In this document: in pieces, positions 1-12,999 of the stretch
How positions within the stretch are numbered: the stretch's first letter is position 1
How the letters are laid out: the number at the start of each line of letters is the position of its first letter
Assembly (NCBI GenBank): GCA_050084985.1
Contig: JBITNC010000002.1
Span: forward strand, 37,138,001 to 37,202,000
DNA length: 64,000 nucleotides
Reading direction: 5' to 3'
DNA from: Nageia nagi
Lineage: Eukaryota > Plantae > Pinophyta
The notes under the pieces: model-generated
Seen by the model: the letters and a program-made list of their open reading frames with translations, nothing else
Databases searched by the model: none
What the model was told of the DNA's origin: nothing
Position numbers and translations under genes: made by a program

Positions 1-2180
1 TGAGTTTGCTTTCCCCTTTGGCATGAATCACAAATATCATTTGCTGGTGTGCTGATACTAGGCATATCTCTTACTACTCTTTTTGAGCAAATGTTCATCA
101 AGTTTTTAAAACAGATGTGTCCCAATCTCTTATGCCATAGCCAATTATCACTCTCCTTGCCTAGAAGACATGATCCCTCTGAAATATCTGATAAGGTGTA
201 TAAATTACCATAGGTTCTTGTACCAACTGCTACAAGTCTACCACTATTTGCCCTTCAGATCTCACAGCCATGCTTTTTGAAAATTACATCATGTCCTTTA
301 TCACATATTTGACTGACGCTCAACAAATTATGCTTCAATCCCACAACAAATAATACCTTTTTAGATCTAATGTTGTCATCATTTATTTTGACTGTCCCTT
401 TGCCGATAATCTATGCGCCATCATTGTTTCCAAATCTTACTGACCCACCTTCATATTCCTGTAGTTTTTGAAATTTCTTCTTGTCACCTGTCATGTGACT
501 TGAGCATCCGCTGTCTAATATCCATGGTGATGGTTTGTCTTGAGCTTTTAATGCTGTTTGAATGATTAAAGACTCTTTATCCTCTCTGAGTTTCTCCTTT
601 TCTTTCCAGACTTGTTTTACTTTTATTTCAGCTTCTTGTCTTTTATTATACTTTTCTTCTACCTATGTATGACTGCTCTGAAATTGTTTATTTTGTCTTA
701 TGGAAGGAAATTGTCTCGGTGAAAAGAACCTCATGCCATGATTATTTCTGCAGAATCTGGCAATGTCTCCATACTCATGACAGTTGTAACACTCAACTGG
801 ATACTCCATTAGTGGGCCGAATGCATTCCTAGTGACAAAGGTTCTTAGAGCGATATTATACTTACATTCAAAAATTTTGTGTCCATATGCATTGCATTTG
901 AAACAGTATCCATTGAAGGGATGGATGTAGCTATTATATTGCTGAGTACTTCTTGGTCCTGCATAGGGTCTTCTTCTAGAATGCACTTGAGTGAAGCCAT
1001 CATCCTCCAGTCCTGAGCTATCTTCCTTCTTTTTGGTTTCTTTTATGTTTTCCCTTTTTATATCATTGGAAGATTGTCCTTATTCATATCCTAGACCAGA
1101 TTTATCAGAAAACATTCTTTAACTGTTAATGATTTCGCTGAGTTTAGTCGACCTTCCTTCTAGATATTCAAAAGAGCTGATTTTCTTGGTGACTTCCTCT
1201 AGTTGCATACATAGCCCAGTTATTTCTTCTTCAAGCTTACTACAATTTTTAACTTTCATAAGAAACTGTTCCTCCAAACTCTCATTTATCCTCTTAGATT
1301 CTTCCACTTCTATTTTTAAGTTTTCTATAATATTACTTGCATCATCAAACCTTTTTGAGAGTTTCTTTATTTCTTTATCCAGTTCATTCAATGCTGTTAT
1401 TAGTTCTTCTTCAAGATCATACTCAATCTCACAGTCATTTTCTTCATCTGTCTCTTCCTTTTTATGTTCTTGGTCATTTTGATTATCTTCATTCAGTTTC
1501 TCTTCAAATGCCATAAACAATGCTCCATTGTATTCTTTTTCTGATTCATTACTGGAATCATCATCAGTGGAGCCTTCATTTCTAGATATGAAGCTTTGTC
1601 TATTTGACCTTCTATTTCGAACATGAGATTTCATTTTGTGGTTTTTCTCAAAATATGATTCTTGGTCATCTTTATCAGTTTTTCCATATGGACATTTTGA
1701 AATGAAATGACCAATACCACCATAGTTAAAACATTTAAACGGAAGCTTGCCTTTATGTTTACCTTTTCCCCTTTGTAGATTTCTAACAAAATTTGCTTCT
1801 GCTCCATCAGATTGTTCCTCATCGTCAGAATCTATTTTGGCTTTAAACGTTGCTTCCTTGACTTTATCATCTCCTTCATGAATGCTCTTCAACTTATTCC
1901 ATATTTCTTTTGCAGATTTGCATGCCATAACTTTCACCAGTTCACTGTCCACAAGACCACACATTAGAGCATTTCTTGCTTTTGCATCACATTCAAATGC
2001 CTTTCTTTCTGCTTCATCTGATGGACCTGTAGGGGGAGGAGTGTAACCCCTTTTAACAGCATCCCAAGTACCAAAACCCAATGCACTGAGATAAGTCTTC
2101 ATTCGAATTTTCTAGAAAGCATAGTTGGTTCCATCAAAGAGAGGTGCCTTGTTAGATGAGAAACCTTCTCCGCTTGCCAT
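1..2180 (-). pseudogene. copia gag-pol pseudogene (extended Gag with coiled coil and three CCHC-type knuckles, protease, GAG-pre-integrase)
   Basis: ORF-track pieces 1119-2102 and 663-986. Knuckles CFNYGGIGHFISKC, CFKCNAYGHKIFEC and CYNCHEYGDIARFC. Premature stops, e.g. Trp TGG>TAG at 2112-2114. Confidence 0.88.
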
Positions 2181-2244
2181 AGTGCCACTACTAGGATCTC
2201 CTTAGCTGCTATAGCCTAAGTAGGAACTTGGCTCTGATACCAAT

Positions 2245-4049
2245 TGTTGGACTTCGAGTGACACTGAGAGGGGGGGTGAATCAGTGTATATAAAAAATTA
2301 ATCAATTTAACCTTCTTAAATAAAGATAGATTAAAATCCAGAAAAAATTGAGCAAGCACACCAATACATCACACAACACCAGATATAACGAGGTTCACCA
2401 GATTGGCTACGTCCCTGAAAATGACTGCTTGGACTCCAATCCAAATCTGGTCATTAAAGAAAGCTTACAGATTCACAGCACCAACTGTGAAGGGTAGCAC
2501 CAACTACCACTTTAAAAAAAATAGCAGCACCTACTGCTTGGAGCACCAACTCTAGCTCTCAAGCACCCACTTGAGACAACATTCAAAAAGGAGGAAAGAA
2601 TAAGTTCTAGAAGACCCTCAATGGTCTAGCTCTAATGCTCACTGTTTGATCTCTGCACATAGCTCCAAAGTAACATAGTTAAATAATCACTATACTATGT
2701 GCATATTCGTTTGCTCACTTCACATACTCCTGATACTCCCCTCTTCCACACTATCACACCCTTTTCCACACTTCGCTTCACACCCTTCTCCACACTTCCA
2801 CACCCTTTTCCACATCCATTCCTACAAAACCGTTACACATCAAGAAAATCGTTACACATCAAGAAAACCCCTCACAAAATTGTTCCTGTCATCACACGTT
2901 ATCAAAAACAAACTGAAAAGGAATCTTTATTTGTAACTGCTCCTGCACTAAAGAGAGTTCACTATCTAAGATTACAACTGCTGTAACTGACGAATGCTCC
3001 TATTGCTCAAATAGAGTTGTTCAGACAAGTATAGCTCTTTCTCCACTGATTCTAGAAATTTAACAGTATCTAATTATTTCTGATAATCCTAGCCTCTTTT
3101 CTTCTTCATAATGGTAGTTCTGGGTTTCTCTAGCCTTAGTTCTGGAGTCTCTTTCTATCGCCTAGAGATTGACTAGCTTACCAGATGTTTATTGTATACA
3201 CCATGATGTCATCATCTCTGGACTCCGAAAGAGAGTTCCAATGTATCTGCATGGCCTTCCATAATTTTCAACACACACTGCTAACATCATCTTCTCTGGA
3301 CTTCGGAAGTAGAGTAAAATGCTTCCCACGATGTCCACACCATGATGTCATCATCTCCGGACTTTTATCTCCGGACTTTTATCTCCAAACTTTTATCTCT
3401 GAAACTTTTATCTCTGGACTTTTATCTCCAAACTTTTATCTTCAAACTTTTATTCTCCGGACTTTTATCTCCGAACTTTTATCTCCGGACTTTTATCTTC
3501 GAACTTTTATCTCCAGACTTTTATCTCCGAACTTTTCTCTTCGGACTTTTATCTCTGGACTTTTATTCACCCCTTGCTGACCTCATCATCTCCCGAACTC
3601 GATTTCATTCAAAAATGTGAACGTTGTTCTCCCTGTGACATCATCTTCATGCTTCTGGAATGCTCTACTCACTTTCTCTGGAACCCGATTTTTTTCATAA
3701 CTGTGCTTTTATCATTTTATTTCAGAACGCTTAATCTACTGACTCTGGCCTTTTTAATCACCCCCTTACTGACCTCATCACTTCCGGGATCCGATCTTTA
3801 CTAAAACATGATTGTCTTATCCTCCTTGCTGACCTCATCACTTCTGGGATCTGGTCTTTACTAAAACATGATTGTCTTATCCTTCGGAACCACTAAAATG
3901 TGACTGTCTATCCTCCTTGCTTACCTCATCACCTTCGGAACCCGGTCTTTACCAAAACCATGTGTTACCTCATCACCTCCGGAACCTGGTCTTTACCAAA
4001 ACCACATGTTGACAACAATGACAATCGCACATGCTCAACACATCCAACA
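2245..4049 (-). repeat. 5' LTR (1805 bp) of the copia element
   Basis: 7-bp terminal inverted repeat TGTTGGA/TCCAACA, 2 bp from the PBS. C-rich motif TGATTCACCCCCCCTCT (minus strand) near the U5 end. Internal tandem arrays. Confidence 0.88.
3353..3566. repeat. 14-bp tandem array (ATCTCCGGACTTTT, ~15 copies) inside the LTR U3
   Basis: Visible period-14 repeat with palindromic core TCCGGA and C>T/G>A variants. Further 60-bp and ~44-bp duplications at 3765-4005. Confidence 0.9.
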
Positions 4050-6330
4050 AACCTAAATCAAGTCATCTAACGTAGCATGATTGAGAAACATATTTTCAAA
4101 TCTAAAGGGGCATGTAAATAGTCTCCTATATTTTATTATTTCCCATAAAATAGGATTATGATCTGACCCTATCCTTGGCAAAGTAGATAGAGTAGTATCA
4201 CCTAATTTTAAAAGAGATTCTTGGGAAATAATAAATCTATCAATTCTTGATGGGATCAATTGGTTTCCCAATCTTTAATTATACCATGTAAACTTAGCCC
4301 CTATAATTTCTATGTCCTTCAGTTTATTTGAACACAAAAAAGAATTAAACTCATTCATACTTTCAAATAATTTTTCATTACCTCCCCTTTTTTCCAATAA
4401 TAGAAGAGAGTTATTGAAATCTTTAGCTAAAACCCAAGGGATGCCTCCAAATTTATTATGCATCTCCCTAGTTCCCTCCATAAAATCATTTGACCTACTA
4501 TAGTAATTGGGACTTATACATTTGTAATTATCCATTGATCATTGTTTTCTTTACTTGAGAAAATGATTACACAAAAATTATTATTCTTCATAATTTCCTA
4601 ACCTTCAAACTTATTTTGATCCCAAAAATACATCATTCCTCTTGAGGCTCCTCGAGTTGGTTGAGTATTGCAACTTACCCTTCTCTACATTATCTATTTC
4701 ATGATTTCAATATTTTGCTACACCACTTTAGGTTCTTTTAAAAATACAATATCCAAGTGATTTTCTCTTCCTAACATTTGGATAAAGCTATATATTCAAG
4801 TACAATTGAGACAGTCCCTCACATTCCACAAAAGAAATTTTATTTTTTCATTTTGGAGGTAGTCTTCCTACCCTCAATGTCCATATATAGGATAGTTTGT
4901 ACACTTGATCAAGTTATAGATTTTATCATTTTTGTTTATCTTTCTTCTGCCTTAATTTCTCTTCTAGCCAATCCATCCTTCCCCATATGTAGAGGGATTT
5001 TATTCTATCTTATATTAACTCTTGTTAGAGCTTCAAGAATTTCTTCTCTACTACATTCCTCTTCATTTCTCTTGAGGTTCATGGAAGTATCCCCCTCTTT
5101 TGTTGGTGTCGCTAACTCTTTCTCTTTCCCAATAGATGTTCTCATCCCCTCTTCCCTTTCCTCATGAGGGTTCCCTTTCTAGGTCTCCCCATTGAATATT
5201 TAACACTATTTCTACCTTTAGGATATAATTTAACAAATATTATTCTACTTCTTTATGAGAATTTTCCATTTGAATCCTTCCAACGTATTCCTCATAAGCT
5301 TACACTATATCCAATTCAACTATCAAGTTATCATTTTGAGTCACTCTACTAGGCTCCTCATAGACTTCTACCCTTTCCTTTCTTGCATTCTCTACATGAT
5401 TTGTATTTGGATCATCTTCCCCAACTAGAGCCTCATTCTATGTTTCTATATTTATTCCTTATCCCTATTTGATACTATCCTAATGGCCCCCACCAGAAGA
5501 GCTAGCACCATTAGTCTCTAATTTCCTTACTTCGTTGGATGTCTCTAGTTCCATAGGAGCTTAACTACTTATCCTCCATACTCTACTAGAAGCCTCCTCC
5601 TCCTCTTTCTTTGGAAAAAAGCTAAATATATGGCCTTTTAGTTTATAAAAATATTATGTAGCCAAAATATTTTCATATTCAAACTTCTTATTCCACACTC
5701 CATACCCTAAAACCATATCAATCAGTTCAAGCAAATTAGCATCCAAATCTACATTAACATAAATTCTCACATGTAGCATATGGGATTTTAATTTTATGAC
5801 TTTGTCAATGATTACAAATTTTTCTATACCATCACCAATAACCATGAGAACCTCATCATGCCAAAATTGAAAAGGTATATGAGGAAGCTTGATCTAGACT
5901 ACCACTAAGTTAATATTTTGAGTGTGCAGGTTAAATCTAGCCCCCGTTGTCTTAGAAATAGGATACAATTACTCAGAAGCCATGATCCTCCATTTAGGAT
6001 CTTTTTCTTTTAATATTTTAACCATAAAGAAACCATTGGGTACAACCATAAATTCCATCATGCCAATCATTTTCCATCATGCAAAGACCTACCTTCTAAT
6101 GGTATACATATCTCATTGAGATCTCAAAAAATTCTTGATCGAATTCAATACACCCTCCATTTGCATGTTTGAAATGACTTCTAGAGTTACAATCAATTTA
6201 CCATCTAACACATTTAATCCTAATCCACTTACCATAGGAGGTAAAAAATACACCTGCTTAAACCTATTAGCCACTTGGGACCAAGAAAAACTTGACTCAT
6301 ATTTATCATTGCTACTCTCCATCCTCTATT
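4050..6330 (-). mobile_element. Degenerate L1-type LINE (ORF1 plus APE endonuclease part of ORF2), interrupted by the copia LTR
   Basis: Endonuclease motifs KFTWYN, SRIDRF, GSDHNPI and PFRFENM (4053-4535). ORF1 motifs SWSQVA and HVRIYVNVDLDANL...EYEN (5654-6322). Many stops and frameshifts. Confidence 0.85.
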
Positions 6331-7939
6331 CAAGCATTCATTCTCATACCTTACACTTTCTTACCTTTTTCATCAGGTGGGTTAGGAGGAATAAAATTTT
6401 GTGGACCATATATTTCATCTTCTAATCTTACTCCCAACGTTTTGATCCCTTCCTTGTCTAATTTAATTCAAATTCTAGATTCATTATTGATCATTCTATT
6501 ACTTTGTAGAAAAATATCTACTATGTGATTATGAATAAACTAAAGTTAAAAAAATTTGTATTCAGTGTGATACCAAATTGTATTTATTGTTATAAGCCTA
6601 CTAAAGTAAAATAAATAATTAACTAGAATAAACTAAAGCACTAATTAGGGTGTATATCATGGTCCTCTTTGAAGCAACTCCCTCCTTTTGAGTAACCACT
6701 TTTCACTTGGGATATATTACATCATTTAAATTATTTTATTATCTAACTAGTTTCATCACATTCAAAGACTACTATAGATAGGCACATTACATTGCCACCC
6801 CCTTTATCAAACTTTTCTCTCAAAGCTTAACAAAGAAAAATCTTTAGGAAGTCACCAAAAATTTATTGTATGGGTATAAGGGAATCTTATACATATGGAA
6901 CTTGACATATATTTGAATAATAGAAAAAACATTCTCTCATCCATCAATAAAAAGGACAAAAAAAAGCCAAAGGGCCCAACATTACCATAGTACTCAATCT
7001 TTGTCCAAAATACAAGAATTTTTTAAGGTACCTCCATAAGGATACTCAAGATGAACCTTGTAATATATTTCATAGGTACTACCATCTCCTCATATTGAAT
7101 CCATATTGAGAAAAGAAATCAAATCCTTGGTTTTAAGATCAACACTCACATGTTGTTATGACTTGGTGAATCATTCTCACCTATAGAAATAATAAAAAAT
7201 TAGAAAGAGTGGCCTCCACATATATAGAAATCTTAGTGAAATATATACAATAGTCTCTTCATTCATAATGATCTTAGGAATAATTATGATGGACTTCTAA
7301 TTTGCAAAGTTCAAGTTTCCTCATGCATACTAGTGCCAAAAGTAAGTAACAAAGAGCCAAATTATGAGTCAAATATATTATAAACTTGAAGCTAATTATT
7401 CATGGTATCATATTTTTTATCTAGTTAATTAGCATGTTGATTACTTTGGTTAAAATAAGTATTAACATTTTCTTTAGAATGGTATATGGAAGCAATAAAG
7501 TTTATTGTAAAAAATAGCAAGTGCAAGTGTTAAACCAGATAAGTGCCCAACTAATTTAATTATAATAAGAAAATGACAGGTAAGTCACATAAAATTTTCT
7601 ATTTTTTATCATAGCATAATACTTATTTATAATTTATTTTTGTATAACTAACTTTTTAATCTAACAACAAATCCTAGTTACAATTTTTCTTCTTCTTTTT
7701 TCTTTTTTTTTCTTTTTTTGAAATTTTAATTTTAAAATCGAATGGTAAACCCTTAATCTAATCTTATAGAAAAATACTAGATACAAAAATCTTAATCACA
7801 CACAAAAATAATTAATACCAAACTAAAGTAAAGGGAACTTCATATTGCTAGCCGATTCTAGTAGGGCTCCCTTTTTGAGTCAACATTCCAATTTTTATTA
7901 GTCCTCAACATATCCTTCCACTTGGGAGGTATTACAATA

Positions 7940-8496
7940 TATAGAGTCTCTCATTAGAAAACTACTATCATGTTGTACATGTGGAATGATTATTATAAAG
8001 CTAATACTACTATGGTTAAAGCATATTACAACAAATGATATAATTGTAAAGTGAAGAAGATTTTTAGTATTCACTTAAACAAATGAAATAATGAAAGACA
8101 TTAAGAATTATAAAATAGATTAAAGAATAAAAGTTTCAAGATTCAAAACAAAGAATCCAAAAGAGAGAATATTAAACTATAAATTCAACATGATCACTAA
8201 AAATAAGATACTTCATTAAATATAGAGTCTCTCATTAGAAAACTACTATCATCTTGTACATGTGGAATGATTATTATAAAGTTAATACTACTATGATTAA
8301 AGCATATTACAACAAATGATATAATTGTAAAGTGAAGAAGATTTTTAGTATTCACGTAAACAAATGAAATAATGAAAGATATAAAGAATTATAAAATAGA
8401 TTTAAGAATAAAAGATTCAAAACAAAGAATCTAGAAGAGAGAATACTAAACCATAAATTCAACATGATCACTAAAAATAAGATACTTCATTAAATA
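7940..8496. repeat. Tandem duplication, ~281-bp unit x2
   Basis: ATAGAGTCTCTCATTAGAAAACTACTATC starts at 7941 and 8222; both copies end GATACTTCATTAAA. Confidence 0.9.
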
Positions 8497-9263
8497 TATT
8501 AAGATAAAAAATTTATTATAAACATTTTATATTTTTTTAAGTTGAACATATGTTTATTTTTTTATAATAAAAAAAATTGAATTCAAAATAATTAATAATT
8601 TATTTTAATAAATTATTTTATATACAATATTTTTTTAAAAATGTTAAAATGAAACAAATGAACAACTGATGAAATATAGAATTCAAACGACAACTCCCAG
8701 AACTGGCGAGGAAAATGGGCATAAAAGTCTGCCAACAGAATTAGAGTGCCTTGAGCCAACATTTCTTTTGTCAGAAATACGTATTTTGGCTTAAGAAACC
8801 AAAACTTGTGCCTAGTTCCTATCCTTATCTTATAGATACATTTATGTTTTTGAAAAACAATTTTGTAAACAATTGGTTGAATATTCATGACTATGTAAAG
8901 CTGTAATAATTTTGAAAGAGCAAACAAGCTAGTTATTTTTGTTGGAATTCAATTCTTTTATCAAAACTTATATGGAAGGTCATAAGCCATTTGTAAGATC
9001 ACAGAAAGAGAAAGCAATCAAGAAAACAAAAAATAAATAAATAACGGAAGGAAGAATTACAGACTTAATAATATTCTCCAACATCAACATGAAAAATGCT
9101 TGTTTTATCTGAAATCACTGTTATGTTTAATTTATATAGCAATCCTTCTTCGCAAGAAGGTTGATATAATTCCAGTTTAGAAAACCATACCACCCCTACC
9201 TATATAGTACTAGCAAAACCCATTGAAAAATCACAACTGCTAGGGAAGCCAAATATGCCATCA

Positions 9264-9403
9264 TCAAAAACCCCAAGTGCCATAGGGATTGATGCTAGAA
9301 GTCTCCACCACCACCTCATTCAAACTCTGCCATGCACCAATGTGATCGATGCTAGTAGTTTCTACAACCAACCGACTCCAATCAAAATCCGATGATCCAT
9401 AAT
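9264..9403 (-). CDS. MBD gene putative terminal exon
   Basis: aatgcag|ATTATGG; open for 46 codons to TGA; internal peptide repeat VVETTSIDHIGAW/VVETSSINPYGTW. Confidence 0.55.
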
Positions 9404-11125
9404 CTGCATTACCGAAATACCGATAGATTATTTGAATGGTTTTAAAAAGAAAAAAATTTAAAAATTGTTAAGAAGATATTATAAATTCATCTTGGAATTC
9501 TGTATTGTTGTTTAGATGAAATATGATCTTCAAAACAAATGTCAAATGACATTCACCTCATTTTTGAGAATGTTGTAGCCCCCAACACTCTCGCAAACTA
9601 TGTCAACCACTGAATCAGCAATGGTTTAAGGAGGGCTCTGGGATCTAGTTTTTTTTTGCAGGTGACTTTAGGTCAGTGCAAAATTACACAACAGAAACTT
9701 ATAGAATTCATTCCTTGAAAATAAGAATAGCTATTTTTATGGCTAGTAAACAAGGGTATATGTAAGGGGAGGGCTTGATCTTTGGATCCCTTGCATACCA
9801 TCTTGTTTTGATCAATAGAGTGCTTCCACTTGAAATTTGAATAGTTGTTAAATTATTTTTGTTTATATGTTGAGATAAAAGAGATATCTATTACATCCAC
9901 TTTGCCCAGAATTTACAAAAAACCTTCACTCAGTCCCTCTAATGCTGGCCAGCAGAACAAAACATGTATCACCTAGGATATGAACCTTACTCTGAAACAT
10001 AACACGCCCTAATTTTGAAAATATTGAGATAAAAAATTGTAGAATTTTCTAATACACTACATCCAGTGAATAAATTTTAAAAGATTAGAGGGAACAATTG
10101 ATCTTAAATGTGTTCTAAAATCTTTCATTAGCACAGAAATTTCCTCTAACAACTTTCCAAACCATTTGCTAAATCTGGTTATGAAGATTAGTCAACAATT
10201 AAAAACAACGGTTGTTTGAAGATTATTATACTATGACTAGAAACCTACCTCTCCCAGCTTGCTGTTCTACCAATGAAGAAGCTGGAAGGAGTGCATCCTG
10301 ATTCCAGCCCAATCCTCTCTCACCTTGCTGCTCTACAAATGAAAAAGGAATGGATGCATCCTCATTGTTGTCCATTCCTGCATATGAAACCAGCATAAAT
10401 AATGTCTCATGTTTTCTTTATTTTTCTTATCAGACAATAGTATCTCATGGTCTAATGCCTTGGTACTCTTCACCATCTTTAGTACGTCATTGTTACTTCA
10501 ACCAAAACGGTAGAATTAAATATCAATCACATTCATTGAAAAGAAGCAATTTCCCTTTGGATAGGAGAATTTTACTATTTAAGTTCCTCTTTCTGGCTGG
10601 TTTCATTCCAGTCTCTAAGTACTTCTTAACTTCTCTCTTGGAGCGAAAAAAATGGCCAGTTATAGGATCGATGTAGAACTGTAAAACCATGCATGAACAC
10701 TGTACGTAAATACTTTTGAAACATGTAAAGAAACAAATGAATTGCAGTCATCTAGAAGTTCAAAAACATCTAAAGATCAAATGAACTGATATTATATCCA
10801 AAAAAATCAAAGGAAATTCATCATACAGTTCAAGAGTTTTAATAAAATAACTGATATTCAAGAGTTTTCATGGAAGGAGCCTCCACCAAAATTCATGGTA
10901 GAAAACTAAAAAATCATGGGCAATTTTATTTAATTTAAGTACCTTATCCTTTGTACCGTTCCTTCTAGTCTTTACTTCCATTTTCCAACCTCTTGGAAGC
11001 CAGTCTGGGCTGTCTACAACCACCCTGACATATTGGCGTTTTTTACCTCCTCTAAATGATCTCCTTTGCCGTGGAGCAGACCCAGAATATGGCAGCCTCT
11101 GCTGAAGTGCAGTGAAATCTGTCAT
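9264..11125 (-). CDS. Methyl-CpG-binding domain (MBD) protein, single MBD of the MBD5/6/7/13-like type, ~159 aa; exons 11125-10943, 10678-10576, 10377-10324, 9403-9264 (further upstream exons possible)
   Basis: Spliced MBD reads SPDWLPRGWKMEVKTRRNGTKDK|FYIDPITGHFFRSKREVKKYLETG. All introns are GT-AG with compatible phases (0,1,1). Terminal exon DYGSSDFDWSRLVVETTS...GTWGF*. Confidence 0.75.
10324..10377 (-). CDS. MBD gene small internal exon (alternative donor at 10249)
   Basis: atgcag|GAATGG...CAAG|gtgaga; 54 nt, phase 1-1. Confidence 0.55.
10576..10678 (-). CDS. MBD gene exon, C-terminal half of the MBD
   Basis: ttacag|TTCTAC...AATA|gtaaaa; encodes FYIDPITGHFFRSKREVKKYLETG. Confidence 0.85.
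10943..11125 (-). CDS. MBD gene exon, N-terminal half of the MBD
   Basis: atgcag|ATGACA...GATAAG|gtactt; encodes PDWLPRGWKMEVKTRRNGTKDK. Confidence 0.85.
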
Positions 11126-11327
11126 CTGCATGGAGTTTATTAAAAACAATTTAATATGGATGCTTTCCCCTTGGGCGGTGAATGAAACCTGAAATCATAG
11201 AGTGGATATCCCTATCTTGCAAATCAAAAATGTTTATACATATTGGTTTAATAAATCATATTCTCTCTCTCCCTCTTGCAAATCAAAAATGTTCTCACAT
11301 ATTGGTTTAATAAATCATTCTCTCTCT

Positions 11328-11362
<35 letters not shown>

Positions 11363-12999
11363 ATTTTGTTCTATATTATTTTACTAAAAATGTTTACATC
11401 AAAATATTTTATGGTGGATTGTTGGTTTTCATTCATGATAAATTGTTCATAGAAAACAGTTCAAATAAATATAATTATCTATTGAATCTTGTAAATTCAT
11501 TGATAATTTTGATCTAAGAAAAAAGATGATATATTGGATCATTTGAAAATAAAAGCATTATTAAGATCATAAATTCTTCCATCCATCTACGTAAATAACT
11601 TCAAATCTTTGAAAATAAAAAAAAATCTTAAATATAATGCTATGATTCTAGATCATATTATGATTCTTAAATACCAATGCATGACGTTGAATATGAATCA
11701 ATGATTTGATATCTTAGATCATTTGAAAATAAATGCATTATTAAGATCACAAGAATTTTATATGCGAATATATAATTAACTTTAGATCTTTCAAAATAAA
11801 TAAAATCTCAAATGTAATACTATAATTGTAGGAAATATTGTGATCCTCTTCATAAAATAACATTGAGTATGACTCTTAACCAATATTTAAGTTAAGGATT
11901 CATACAATGAATTATTTATAGAGTTCTATAAAAAAAAATATTAAATCATTTAATAAATTTATAATGCCCTAATATGTTTATAATGTGACATAAAATCTGT
12001 GAAAAGAGAAAAACATACTTTTCAATATTTTATTTTGATCTTCGTAACCCTTCTTTTGTGCAAATCTTCCTCCTCAAACTCTTCTTTTTTGGGGGATCTT
12101 TCTCTTCCTCTTCAAACTCTTCCTTTTTACAAATCTTCCTCCTCAAAATCTTCCTTTTTGGGGGATCTTTCTCTTCCTCCTGAAACTCTTCCTTCCTAAT
12201 TCCCTTCTTAAGATTTAGAAGAGAAAAACAATCTAAGACAAAAACTTGATAAGAAGTTATGTTGCTTTACATATGAGGTATGTTGATTTACATATGAAGT
12301 ACCTTACTCATATATAGAATATGTTTATCTAGATCCATGTGAAAGAGATATCAATTCCTATGTAGTCCTTTATTAAATTTTAATTCTTAAATAAGTTATT
12401 GAAACTAGCAATTCCTCATAAAATACTTGAAAATTGAAAGTTGTATAATCCATAATAAAATAATAATTCAAAGTTAAACCATATATAGTCAACAAATATA
12501 TCTAAAACATTAAAACTAAAATTATTCTCTTACAAATTATATTACTAAAGTGCACTAAACTAAGAATCCTATATATAATTCACATGAACTTTTCCTCCAT
12601 TTTTTAGTACTTTTCATTTTGTTTTTTAAACTTAATATAATATTGCATGTTTCTTTACATATGATTTACCATATATATATATACTAACTTTTCCTCTATT
12701 TTTTTAGACTTTTCCTTTAAAAAAAAAACTTAATATAATATTGCACGCTTCTTTACATATGATTTACCATATATATATATAATATGTAGGTATCTAATTT
12801 AATTAATTAATAATTGTAAAGGAAAAAATCTAAGAGATAATATAAATATAATCTTTATCTAATTTCAAATTTCTTATCATGTTGGATAAGATCCTTTAAT
12901 GAAATTTGATACATTTTCCTCCTTTTTTGTTTTCATGAACTTTGGAAAGAGATTTGTAAAGATCCACATGTTCATGTTTTGTTCATATTATGGTCTTGG

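Larger units (their letters stand above)
1..4049 (-). mobile_element. Ty1/copia LTR retrotransposon, SIRE/Maximus-like; 5' part only (5' LTR, PBS, gag, protease, start of integrase), continues past the left window edge
   Basis: Minus-strand PBS TGGTATCAGAGC (tRNA-iMet) at 2231-2242. LTR 2245-4049 is bounded by TGTTGGA...TCCAACA. Gag starts MASGEGFSSNKAPLFDGTNYAF*KIRMKTYL (ATG 2180). Protease motif WILDSGCSSHMTG at ~490-525; gag-pre-integrase motif WLWHKRLGH at ~120-145. Confidence 0.93.

Noticed and set aside
1129-1482. 117-aa Ser-rich plus-strand ORF
   Set aside because: Antisense shadow of the Glu/Lys-rich gag coiled coil.
3185-3620. ORFs 3185-3580 and 3342-3620 with LLSPDFYLRTFIS repeats; superficially CRISPR-like array
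   Set aside because: Translation artefact of a 14-bp tandem repeat in an LTR; no unique spacers and no cas genes.
6563-6585. Decayed PBS/LTR junction (GTGATACCAAATTGTA)
   Set aside because: Partial match only; no LTR partner or adjacent gag found.
9045-11418. Helitron capture as the explanation for the MBD segment
   Set aside because: An A|TC start exists on the minus strand, but there is no CTRR end or subterminal hairpin at the other junction.
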